This document shows, piece by piece, positions 12,858-23,080 of a DNA stretch of 64,000 bases; position 1 is the stretch's first letter; each line of letters starts with the position of its first letter. The notes under the pieces were generated by a model. The model ran no database searches. It was not told the origin of the DNA and saw only the letters and a list, made by a program, of their open reading frames with translations. The stretch is taken from the NCBI GenBank assembly GCA_964234715.1, contig OZ174287.1; one strand, written 5' to 3'. Made by a program: the position numbers and the translations under genes. The stretch comes from Podarcis melisellensis. Taxonomy: Eukaryota.

Positions 12858-12873
12858 TAGGGCCAGCTATCCA
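12858..12873 (-). other. IGHD: DH segment, 16 nt (TGGATAGCTGGCCCTA)
   Basis: ggtttttga(12830)-12-cattgtg(12851) | D | cacggtg(12874)-12-gcaaaatct(12893). Confidence 0.92.
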
Positions 12874-13807
12874 CACGGTGCTACATGGCTTGGCAAAATC
12901 TAGAGGATCCCACAATAATGCTCATTGAGATCGTCCATTCACTCAGGCTTTTGCTCATGGCTCCATAAGCAAAAGTTGTTGTCATTTTTAAATGGGGTGA
13001 TAGAAAAGAAATTTCCAGGGAGTCGCTTATTCCAAAGTGATCATTTAAGGCCAATGGAATCTCTTTTACCTTAGATGGTTGGTAGCAGTTGGCATGGTTT
13101 CATTTGAACATTTTTACTCCATGTTTTTCATCTGGACACATTCCATAGTTTTCAAATACTTCAAATTACATTTTAGAAAACCAGCACTGATTAATTAAAC
13201 AAACAAACTGATGAACATGTGATCTTGGTTGTGTGAATTCCCTCAGTTTCTTGTGTGTATAAGAGAGAGAAACAGAGAGGGAGAATGGTGAAGTAAGAGA
13301 GACTGAGGAAGTGGAAACTCTGAGGTATTGAAGGCTTCCACACAACTCATTCTCCTCTGAATCCCACTAATTTAAAGTTAGTTCCTTCCCAGTATGTTTG
13401 TTTACAATTCTGGCCATGGGGACCGCTCTGGGCGTCTCTGGGTATACAGTCGGCCTTCTGAGTCACCTCTTGCTGAAAGCAAGCTCCATGCCATGCCACC
13501 CCCTCAAAGACACCAAACTTGGGAGAACTTCCAGAGTGGGCTTTAGCTCAGCGCAATGAGCTGCCACCAGAAACAAAAAATATCGCAGTGCATAAAAATA
13601 GTCACCATAGATTTTTGATGGATGTATTAGGGAACTCGTAGCACTTAAAACAACCACCACCACAATTTGCCAAGTCTCTTTTCTAGCTAACTCTGTCCCA
13701 CATAGAAAAAGTATGACTTCATGTTTGCAAAAGGATCTAGCCACAATCACATTTCATCCAGTTGTTGGCTGATAGAGCAGGTTTTTGATGGGGCACCCAT
13801 CACTGTG

Positions 13808-13828
13808 GTAGCCCCCGCTATAATAATA
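13808..13828 (-). other. IGHD: DH segment, 21 nt (TATTATTATAGCGGGGGCTAC; YYYSGGY)
   Basis: ggtttttga(13780)-12-cactgtg(13801) | D | caccatg(13829)-12-acaaaaatc(13848). Confidence 0.95.
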
Positions 13829-14018
13829 CACCATGATACAACGCTTGACAAAAATCTGAAAGATTCGACAACACTTTCAAATTTATCCTTCGTTTTCCAT
13901 TGTAGAAAACCAGCATCAAAGTGCTTTCATGACTCCAGTTCTTCCATGAATGTAGGTCTTCTAGGAGATGGTTGACCGGTTGGACAGATAGCATTTGGAC
14001 GTGGTTTATGTTACTGTC

Positions 14019-14041
14019 ATAGCTCCCATAACTATAGTTAG
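14019..14041 (-). other. IGHD: DH segment, 23 nt (NYSYGSY) with defective J-facing heptamer (GACAGTA)
   Basis: gcatttgga(13991)-12-tactgtc(14012) | D | caccatg(14042)-12-accaaaacc(14061). Confidence 0.8.
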
Positions 14042-14417
14042 CACCATGATATTTCCCTATACCAAAACCATTGTAACAGGTTCGCCGACCGGTTCTGTCT
14101 GAGAAGTAATGAGGAAGGACTTTCAGCTATGTGTCAGCCTAATCCGCAAGTTTAAAACAGCAACCCTGCAGGTTTAGATAACCTTCAAGATATAAATAAA
14201 CTGAGAGCTCAAAACAAATGGAAATCTCATTGCCTAGAGTAGGAGAAACTTCGGGGCTCTCTTTGATCTGTCAAGGAGCATCTAAAGTGGCCACTGCCCA
14301 ACTTACTTGCACGGTGGGAGATGTCCAAGCAAATCCTCTTAATTCACATTTCTTCACAAAGCTTTTGTCCTCACCTTTGCCAACATTCACTACCGTGGAT
14401 GCGGTTGGCTTTAGGAC

Positions 14418-14553
14418 AGGGGTAGGGAATCTTTGACCCTCCAAATGTTGCTGGACTCCGGCTCCAATTCAACCCAGCCAACATGGCCAAAAGTCAGGGA
14501 TGATAGGAGTTGTAGTCTAATGGCTCTGGAAGGCCACAGGCTTTGCATCTCTG
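14418..14553. mobile_element. Old hAT-type MITE
   Basis: Interior similar to the 16020/23695 family; degenerate 8-bp TSD ctttagga/ccttaggg. Confidence 0.55.
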
Positions 14554-14793
14554 CCTTAGGGGGTTTGTAAAAATCAGTGTGTATATGCATTGCATCTGGC
14601 ATATGAAGATCTAAAGGTATTGTGTATAAAACCTGAAATAGCATTCAGAGTCAACATTTGATGTGAAACTTGCAATGATTTGTGATTGAAATGGGGGGCA
14701 GAGGTGGAATTACCACATTTCAAAATGCCATGTGGCATTTTTGCTGGTTAATATTGCTCTTACAAGCTTTTTGATAGACTTCATTTCACTGTG

Positions 14794-14813
14794 GGAGCTG
14801 CTACTCCATCGTA
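14794..14813 (-). other. IGHD: DH segment, 20 nt (TACGATGGAGTAGCAGCTCC), non-canonical V-facing heptamer CATGATG
   Basis: gctttttga(14766)-12-cactgtg(14787) | D | catgatg(14814)-12-acaaaatcc(14833); flanks paralogous to D15878. Confidence 0.82.
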
Positions 14814-15029
14814 CATGATGTTACAGAGCTGTACAAAATCCTATGGAAGGAATGATTAGGGGAGGCACCACTTGCTTCTCATGCAATGATCTCATGAAGG
14901 ATTTTGGTGGATAATTCCAGCCCAACTGGTGTCAGCCAGCTTGAAACAGTCCACAGGTCGTGTACAAGGGCCTGTCCACTGCTATCCTTTGGTTGCCTGA
15001 TTTTGGATTTTTACTAATAATAATTTTTT

Positions 15030-15364
15030 AAAATAATAATAATAATTTTATTATTTATACTCCGTCCATCTGGCTGTGTTTCCCCAGCCACTCTGGGCAG
15101 CTCCCAACAGAACAGAGTAAAACTTCAAACATAAAAAAAACTTCCCTAAACAGGGCTACCTTCAGATGTCTTCTAAAAGTCAGATAGCTGTTTATTTCCT
15201 TGACATCTGATGGGAGGGAGTTCCACAGGGTGGGTGCCACTACCGAGAAGGCCCTCTGCCTGGTTGCCTTTAACCTCACTTCTCTCAGTGAGGGAACTGC
15301 CAGAAGGCCCTCGGCGCTGGACCTCAGTGTCTGGGCAGAACGATGGGGTTGGAGACGCTCCTAC
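15030..15364 (-). mobile_element. L2 LINE 3' fragment
   Basis: Encodes RAFSVVAPTLWNSLP...TFRRHLK, typical L2 ORF2 C-terminus. Confidence 0.85.
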
Positions 15365-15599
15365 TACTTGCCCTGCTTTTGGCATCTTCTAGGGATTGCC
15401 CATGATTATTTGAGGCAACGGATAGTGTGTAAGGGGGGATGGGAAATACAGTTTTCAGAGGAGAGTGCTTGAGAAATTGATTTTATTCTTGCAACTGAAC
15501 ATCTGATGTGAAACTTGGAACCATTTGCAGCTGATTTTTTTAGGGGGGGGGCAGGCAGCAATTGCCACATTTCAGATTGCTGCAGTTTTAGTGGTATGT

Positions 15600-15814
15600 G
15601 AGCCAGTGTGATGTAGTGGTGAACTGGGTTTGCGTCTCCTCTCCTCCACATGCAGCTGCTGGATGACCTTGGGCCAGTGACACTTCTCTGAAGTCTCTCA
15701 GCCTCACAGGGGGTTTGTTGTGGAGGAGGAAGGGAAAGGAGAATGTTAGCTGCTTTGAGACTCCTTAGGGTAGTGATAAAGCGGGATATCAAATCGAAAC
15801 TCTTCTACTCTTCT
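15600..15814 (+). mobile_element. CORE/MIR-like SINE
   Basis: gatgaccttgggccag...ctctcagcctcac CORE-like block; L2-like tail. Confidence 0.6.
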
Positions 15815-15877
15815 ATGCCACTTTCTGCTGGTTAAAAATGTACTTGCAAGCTTTTTGATAGGGTTCTTTTCACAGTG

Positions 15878-15920
15878 GTAGCTGCCAATCCAGTAGCTGC
15901 CAGTCCAGTACCTGCCACTA
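15878..15920 (-). other. IGHD: Long DH segment, 43 nt (SGRYWTGSYWIGSY) with internal 15-nt triplication
   Basis: gctttttga(15850)-12-cacagtg(15871) | D | caccatg(15921)-12-acaaaatcc(15940). Confidence 0.93.
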
Positions 15921-16019
15921 CACCATGCTGCAGAGCTGTACAAAATCCCATGGCAAGATTGGATATTGAAGGGACCACCTGTTTCTCATGCAGTGTTCTC
16001 ATGAAGGATCTGCCTAGAG

Positions 16020-16155
16020 CAGTGTTTCCCAACCTTGGGCCTCCAGATGTTTTTGGCCTACAACTCCCATCATCCCTAGCTAGCAAGACCAGTGGTCAGG
16101 GATTATGGGAATTGTAGTTCAAAAACAGCTGGAGGCACAAGGTTGGGAAACACTG
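16020..16155. mobile_element. hAT-type MITE
   Basis: TIRs cagtgtttcccaacctt/aaggttgggaaacactg; 8-bp TSD gcctagag. Confidence 0.9.
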
Positions 16156-17008
16156 GCCTAGAGCATTGTTGACCAACTGGTGGCCGACCAGCTGAAACAA
16201 GTCCACTGGCCATGTATTTGGGCCTGTTAGCTGCCATCTTTGTGTTGTTCAGTTTTGGATAGTTACTTTCCCTGGTTTTGGCATCCACCTGAGCTTCAAT
16301 CCTGAACTGCTGGTGGCCTGAGGCCGTGGATAGTGTATTAGGGTGTGTGCTGGGGGGGGGGACGGGACGGAATACAGATTTCAGGGGAAAGTGCTTGAGA
16401 ATTTTATTTTATTTATTTAACAGAATGTATATACCAGTTAATCATCAAAACCTCAGAGCAGTTTACATAATATATAATATATTGAAAGTGCTGGTAAGAT
16501 CAGAAGTCAAAATCAGCAGTTTTAAAAATACACCTTCTAATACAAAATGGCATGCTAGTATGTATGTATGTATGCATTTATGCATGCCCTGCCCTGCCCT
16601 GCCCTTCTTCTCAAATGAGCCAATGGTTAAAAACAAATGTGTGCTCACTTTACATGATTGGGTAAACTGGCTTAACCAAAAAATGTTTGGTAAGTGAAGG
16701 CACCTGCCTAATTTCAGTAGACAGGGAGTTCAAAATTGTACAGTAGGTGCTGTCACACTGAAGGATCAGTTCCTTGCACACGTGGAAGGAATATTATGTT
16801 TTACTTGGAGGAAGTGAAGAAACAGTCTGTCTAGAGTTTTGATTGGCTTGCTAGAAAAACAGTCTTTTTTTAAAAAAAATGCCACAACTCTTTCCCACTT
16901 AAATCTGTGCTGCAGAAAAATGATTGTTTCATGTATGTAGAAGGTAGGCTTTGGATGTAACTTGATTTGATTTGCACAGCAGTTTTTGACAGAGCATGAA
17001 CCACTGTG

Positions 17009-17025
17009 GTAGTTGCCATAATATG
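17009..17025 (-). other. IGHD: DH segment, 17 nt (CATATTATGGCAACTAC; YYGNY)
   Basis: agtttttga(16981)-12-cactgtg(17002) | D | caccatg(17026)-12-gcaaaatct(17045). Confidence 0.95.
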
Positions 17026-17185
17026 CACCATGATACATGGCTTGGCAAAATCTGAAGGATTCAGGAACATGTTCAGGTGCCATTGTAGAAAACCAGCACC
17101 AATGGGTTTTCAAGATTGAAGTTCTCCCATGAATGCATGTCTTCTGGGAGATGGATGGAGTTTGAGCATGCTGTGTGTTCTTGTC

Positions 17186-17207
17186 ATAGCTCCCATAACT
17201 ATAATAA
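17186..17207 (-). other. IGHD: DH segment, 22 nt (YYSYGSY) with defective J-facing heptamer (GACAAGA)
   Basis: gagtttgag(17158)-12-tcttgtc(17179) | D | caccctg(17208)-12-acaaaagca(17227); paralog of D14019. Confidence 0.78.
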
Positions 17208-17992
17208 CACCCTGGTATTTCCCTGTACAAAAGCATCTGTAAAGTTGGCATGAATGTTTTGCCCACTCAGTGAATGAGTGAGCAATTATATCCTGCCATC
17301 AACACCCTCAAGTTAAAATTAACAGCAATGTTTATCTTATTCATCATTGTTATTAATCCTTTTAAGTTTGTATGCTGCTTTTCCATATAAATATGCTGTG
17401 GATGTGGTTGACTTTGGGACAAGGGATAGAGAATCTGTGGCCTCCCAGATGAGGTTGGATTCCATCTCCCATCAACAGGACCAGCACGCCCATGTGGCAG
17501 GGTTAGGCTACCGCCTCAGGCAGCAGGATCGACAGATACGGCCTCCAAGGAGCACAATTACCTGTCACAGTTTCAGCAGCAGCACACTCCTTTGGCTGTT
17601 GGATCTGCCTCCTCATCAGCAGCCACTGTCCAATGCTGCCTCCACAGCAGGCTCTCAGTGAATAGGAGACATTTCTGGTCTCCTCCCAACCGCTGTTCCT
17701 GGGGAGGCAGAACAGCACCCGCTCGCTTCATCCTGAACCTGCTAACTTCTGGCTCAGACCCAGTGAATGGAGTTTTTGCATAGGCATGTAAATGGAGCCT
17801 TCATGATAACTTCCATTTCTCTCCGATTTTTTTTTTGAGAAAGTGATCTGGGTGCTCTAGATATGCATTGCTGCACTTGTATGTAGAGGTGGTTGTGGTG
17901 ATCTATAACTCTTCATTTTCCTATGCAGCCTTCCCAGAAAGCTTTGGATGTATTTGTTCACCTTCTCAGGATAGTCCACAGGTATCATGGGA

Positions 17993-18055
17993 TATATTGG
18001 TACAATAGCTTGACGCCATGTGTCCCCCACTGTGATATGTAGTTCAACAAAAACG
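17993..18055 (-). pseudogene. One-sided D-like element / isolated 12-RSS
   Basis: cactgtg(18028)-12-acaaaaacg(18047); other side poorly resolved. Confidence 0.4.
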
Positions 18056-18115
18056 CATATAATACCTTATTTTTTAAAAGGTTGAAAATTCACCGTGATT
18101 CAGAAAGCAAGGCAG

Positions 18116-18117
<2 letters not shown>

Positions 18118-18147
<30 letters not shown>
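18118..18147. repeat. (CA)n microsatellite
   Basis: Seen directly. Confidence 0.9.
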
Positions 18148-18530
18148 ACTGTCCCATTGGAGCCTTCTTACTGAAATCAACAGGACTTAAGTTATTAGTA
18201 AATTTCCCCATTGTTTTCACTGGATCCTAAGTTCAACTGACATTGGCCTCACTCCTAACCCCACTTACATGGGAGCAAGACCCACAGAATTCAATAGGGC
18301 TTACGTCTGAGTAGAATTAGTCCAAAACCGTGCCCATATGTGAAGTAGGACAGTATCATGTTCCCAAAAGGAACATGTTTTGTTTGCCAAATGGAAAGGA
18401 GTGAACGCTCACACATTTGAAGAAGAGCATTTCAAGATTTAGCAACTTTCTATAATAAGGTGCATCACAATCTTGTGGCAATGTGGTCATGCGGTTTGGC
18501 ACACTGTTGGCACAGATTTTTATGGGGCAT

Positions 18531-18549
18531 GGCTGCCATCTACTGGACA
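18531..18549 (-). promoter_or_regulatory. CTCF motif pointing toward D/J
   Basis: Minus strand TGTCCAGTAGATGGCAGCC; core matches CCASYAGRKGGCRS perfectly. Confidence 0.65.
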
Positions 18550-20329
18550 AGCAAAAGAGCAAAGAATCCTTTTCAGTGTGACTATCAATAGCTGCTGCTT
18601 TTTCCTTTCCTTAGCAACATCACAACGAGTGATAACTGGGTTAAGCAAAGAAGTCTCCCCATCTGACCCTAGGCGGGAAAGAGCTGGTCTTCCCTGGTTG
18701 CTCTTTCAGAAAGAGGTGACTACATAAATTAAATACTTTCCATTGCAGAAGTTTTGCATGTGAATAGGAAAGCCAACACACAGACTTGGCCAAAGGCATT
18801 GTGGTATTTACTATTGTCTTCTTTCTGATGATGGCTCCTCTTCAGGCAAGACCAAGGAAGCCCTGGGCCTAGCTGTCTACCATCACTCAACCAACCCAAC
18901 TCTACAGTTTGCTGGGCCTTAGGATGGCCTCCTTCATCTCTTCTGTTCTTCAGCTGCTGGACAGCTCCTCCCAACCTCACACAGGGCTGATCCACATCCA
19001 CTGCACAGGCAATACTAATTTAAAACATGCCACTTCCCCCAAAGGTTCATGGGAACTGTAGTAGCTACAATTTTCAGCAAACTACAGTTCCCAAGATTCT
19101 TTGAGGGAAGTCATGCGTCATAGATATGCCTTAGATATGCTTTGTGCTTTGCTGTGCTGGAGGGAGGATGAGGGGAAGGGAAGCATTGTCAGTATAATAA
19201 GGGTTTGGTTTTTTTGCAATTAACATATACATTGTAAGTATATGTTTCATGAAATTTAATAAAAATAATACCCCCCCACAAAACACCAATTGGATTGAGT
19301 CTTTGATGTACTATACTTAAGTGAGCCCCTTGTGCATTTTACGTATGAGGTTGTTCACCTTCCTGTTCACCAGAAAAATGGCAAATTCTGCAATACAGAA
19401 ATTATTTTGCAAATTCTGCAGTACGGAAGTTCATTATGCATACTGAGGGAATAAGCATGCATTCACTTGTATGGCTTATGATTAAGCTGGGCTTTGAATA
19501 ATCTTCACTTCAAGGCATGCATAGAATTTTGCAGTAAGGATTTAGCAATACTTCTGTGTCATTTTTAAATTATCATGACAAAGACCAAGTTGCTAGCCAA
19601 ACTATGGTTCCTTTCCCACCTGAAACAAATTGAAATCCCCCCTCCATATTTCTGTTTGGCAAGTCTGTTTCTCCATCTACTAAATAGTTATCCTGGTAAT
19701 TACTTATTTGGTCTCATCCCATCTGCCCTATCATCTTCATGGGTCTTTACCAGCTTCCTCTTTTAATAGTATGGGTGGAAACCAGAATCACATGGGCTTC
19801 CTGTCTGAGAATAAATTCGGATGCAAAGAATGAAGAGAATACTGAAGAGTCAAGAGGAACTCATGTCAAGATGGATAAGTAGATGAACAGAAAGTTATAT
19901 AGGAGTGTATTTGGATTGCTTATCATCTGAATATACAAGAATTCCTCCTGGTTTTGAAGTTCACTCTTCTGTTCTTTTGTTTTGTTTTGTTTTGTTTTTA
20001 ATAGACAATTTGGCATCTGCACCTCTATGTTTTTTTGATGAATTGCCTGGACTGAAAAGGTTTTGGATTGAGAGAGAACCACACTAATTTGCCCCTGGAG
20101 AACTTCAGATCCCTCAGCAGGTGAGCTGAGTTGTCCTTACTGTCCTGCTGCCTTCCTGACCCTGACCGATTTTTCTGTATGAGCTGAACTATTGCTCCCT
20201 CAACTCCCTACTGATGCTCTAAGATCTGGGTTAGGGATAAGTACCTAAATGGGATGTAAATATGCTTATTCAAATTACATCCAAGAGTTGGACAGCAATG
20301 TTCATTCTCTCTCTCTCTCTCTCTTAGTA

Positions 20330-20645
20330 CAGTGGTGCCCCGCAAGACGAATGCCTCGCAAGACGAAAAACCCGCTAGACGAAAGGGTTTTCCGTTTTTC
20401 GATGCGCTTCGCAAGACGAATTTCATATGGGCTTGCATTGCAAGACGAAAACGTCTTATGAGTCTTGCGATTTTTTTCGCTCCCCCCTTTCCTAAGCCGC
20501 TAAGCCGCTAATAGCCTTTTAGCCTTTTAGCCGCTAAGCCTTTAATAGCCGCTAAGCTGCTAATAGGGTTGCTTCGCAAGACGAAAAAACCGCTAGACGA
20601 AGAGACTCGCGGAACGGATTATTTTCGTCTTGTGAGGCACCACTG
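20330..20645. mobile_element. Tc1/mariner (Tigger/pogo-like) MITE
   Basis: TIRs cagtggtgccccgcaagacgaa / ttcgtcttgtgaggcaccactg flanked by TA; internal taagccgc repeats. Confidence 0.88.
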
Positions 20646-20945
20646 TACAATACATGACCCTCCAGATGTGGAAAATCATGTAGCTAAATAAAAATGTTCA
20701 TGTGTGTATTTAAGAAGTGGGAGAGAAAAAAAACATTTGCTTGGCCCACTTTGATTCCAGACAAGCAGTTGCTTTGCAGATGTACAATCAGCATGTTATA
20801 ATGTCATAGAATCATAGGACTGTGGAGCTGGAAGGGACCCCAAGGTAATCTAGCCCAACCCCATGTGAACTGTTACCGCTTCCTTCTCCATTAGTGTCTT
20901 TTCTTTGTGAGCATGGATGATTTTACTAGGGTGCGTGTTACAGTG

Positions 20946-20959
20946 CTACTCCCAGGATC
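20946..20959 (-). other. IGHD: DH segment, 14 nt (GATCCTGGGAGTAG), most V-proximal intact D
   Basis: tgattttac(20918)-12-tacagtg(20939) | D | cacagtg(20960)-12-acaaaaaaa(20979). Confidence 0.85.
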
Positions 20960-21452
20960 CACAGTGATGTATTCCTCTACAAAAAAACATTGACTGTGAA
21001 ATTGAAATCATGAAGGATACCATGTAAGCCTCCACTCCAAATATTGATGGAGCACTCTTCAGAAATTTGGAGAGGATATGGGATGTTTCTTCTCACAAAA
21101 GAATATAGACAGATTAATACAATGTGAATTTAATTAAGTATGTGATCTCGATATGCAATCTATGAATGTGGGACTGTACATGTTGTTACTCTCTGGTACA
21201 CAGCATTGTTCCTCAGCGCTTTATATTTTGTCCCCAGCATCAACCATGGGCAATGAGATCTCTTCTGATGCAATGGGATCTCTTCTGGAATTTTTCATCT
21301 GGCCACTTTCTAATTTTATTTAAGTATTTCTTATAAATGTCATTGTTACAAAACAACAACCCAGCATTGGTGGGTTTGATAAATCAATGAATGCAATTCT
21401 CCTTGGTCTACTGGATGAATAATGGAGTTTTAGGCTTGAATGGTGTCATTGT

Positions 21453-21571
21453 CAGGCATCCCCAAACTCAGCCCTCCAGATGTTTTGGGACTACAATTCC
21501 CATCATCCCTGACCACTGGTCCTGTTAGCTAGGGATGATGGGAGTTGTAGTCCTGAGTTTGGGGATGCCTG
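21453..21571. mobile_element. hAT-type MITE inserted in a D RSS
   Basis: TIRs caggcatccccaaactc/gagtttggggatgcctg; 8-bp TSD gtcattgt. Confidence 0.9.
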
Positions 21572-21580
21572 GTCATTGTG

Positions 21581-21599
21581 GTAGTTCCTGTAGCCATGA
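21581..21599 (-). pseudogene. IGHD: Pseudo-DH (TCATGGCTACAGGAACTAC; HGYRNY) disrupted by MITE
   Basis: Removing the MITE restores agttttagg(21426)-12-cattgtg; other side cacactc(21600) has no nonamer. Confidence 0.5.
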
Positions 21600-22061
21600 C
21601 ACACTCTTTATCCCAGGCAGATGTTGGTGGATTTCAATTCCCATCATTTCCTAGCCATGCTGGCTGGTGCTGATTGGAACTGCAATCCAGAAACATCTGG
21701 AGGGCTGCATCGGACAGAATCCATGCCCCCGAGTTCCTTTAACAGGATACCCTTAATGAGGAAGGGCAGGCGGAGGCTACACCCTCCCCTCCATCCAAAC
21801 AAAAGCTAACCTCACAAACTTTTGACCATAGCTTCAAGGTAGGCAAAAACCAAATGGCTGGAGCCAATCTGCCAAGTGGAAAAAAATCCCAAAAATATGA
21901 TGACCAAAATTAGCCCATAGCAAGGTCGTAGCACAGCAAAGCAGAAGAAGAGGCAAGGGATGGGAGATCTGGTCAAGGGTGTGAGAGGACAATCTCCCCA
22001 CTACAGCATGGTTTAAATGGTGGTTTAAACCATGGATGGCCCCACCCCCATCAGTGCTGAT

Positions 22062-22080
22062 TGGTCACCAGGGGGCGCCC
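22062..22080 (+). promoter_or_regulatory. CTCF motif pointing toward the V cluster
   Basis: TGGTCACCAGGGGGCGCCC, 16/19 identical to consensus TGGCCACCAGGGGGCGCTA. Confidence 0.7.
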
Positions 22081-22484
22081 CTTGAGCGGGGCCCTGCCTA
22101 GCACTGACGGTGTGGACAAGCAGCGGTGGGGAAGGCATCAGTCTCCATCCCTGGGCCAGATCACTGGGAGGGCCCGGGGCTCAGGACCCAGCCGCAACGC
22201 TGTCCACCAAATCAGGTGAGCGGACCTATCAAATCATCTGATGGAACATGACTTCATAGTTCTTCATCTAGATTGGAGGTGTGTCTTCAATGACTTCAAT
22301 GGAATTTGACTTCATTGCATGCCATCATGAAGGCATTTTGCTGGTATTTACACAAAGACAAATGCTTTAATCAACTTGACAGTTAGCTCCATCTATTGGA
22401 GATAGATAGCCAGCAGTTCCTGAGCAGATGGTTGAGACTGATTGTGGTTTTTGTACAGATGCTTGATTGCTCTGGCTCACTGTG

Positions 22485-22929
22485 CCGTGCACAGTAGTAT
22501 ACTGCTGTGTCTGCAGTTTCCAGGGACCTCAACTGAAGATATACTTCATTTTTGGACGTGTCCCTGGTGATGCTGATTCGACTTCCAAATGTTGCACTGT
22601 ATATGGTGCCAGCACCATCTTCTGTGTCCTGAATATGCCCCATCCATTTCAGACCCTTCCCTGGAGGCTGCCGGATCCAATGCCAATAATAATCACCAAC
22701 TTGAACCCCAGAAACTGCACAGGTCAGTTTGAAGGAGTCTCCGGGCTTCACCAGTCCTGGACCAGACTCGATTATCTGTAGAGTGGAAGACATACCTACA
22801 AAAGAATGCAGAAGTTGTGTCATAATTGGGAACCTTTTTGTGTTCTACTCAACATTTTGGTTTTATACAAGGGATAAATCCTCACCAGGAGAGAAGCTCA
22901 GGAGAATGAAAAATAGCAATGGGAAACTC

Positions 22930-22931
<2 letters not shown>
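22485..22931 (-). CDS. IGHV: Ig heavy variable gene, D-proximal, intact (leader 22931-22886, V exon 22795-22485)
   Basis: MSFPLLFFILLSFSPG / [27 protein letters not shown]; RSS cactgtg(22478)-23-ggtttttgt(22446); TATA 23044, octamer 23073. Confidence 0.97.

Positions 22932-22994
<63 letters not shown>
22932..22994. repeat. (TCTT)n microsatellite in VH 5'UTR
   Basis: Directly abuts the ATG; (GAAA)n on the sense strand. Confidence 0.9.
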
Positions 22995-22995
<1 letters not shown>

Positions 22996-23043
22996 AAAAC
23001 AAAAAGGGACTCAGCCAGGTCACGGAGCAATGCTGGATGGTGC

Positions 23044-23080
23044 TATTTAAGCACAAAGGGCCTGGTCAGGTGATTTGCAT
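23044..23080 (-). promoter_or_regulatory. VH promoter: TTAAATA box + octamer ATGCAAAT (23073-23080)
   Basis: Canonical IgH octamer orientation upstream of a TATA-like box. Confidence 0.9.

Noticed and set aside
18458-18530. caatgtg...cacactg D-like arrangement
   Set aside because: No nonamer at 12-bp spacing on either side.
1-22000. JH segments or constant exons
   Set aside because: No WGxGT-VTVS coding block with splice donor and 23-RSS found by eye, here or at 54-64 kb; they presumably lie outside the window.
22490-22496. Embedded TACTGTG heptamer at the end of FR3 in many Vs
   Set aside because: Real, but it is the well-known cryptic RSS used in VH replacement and not novel.
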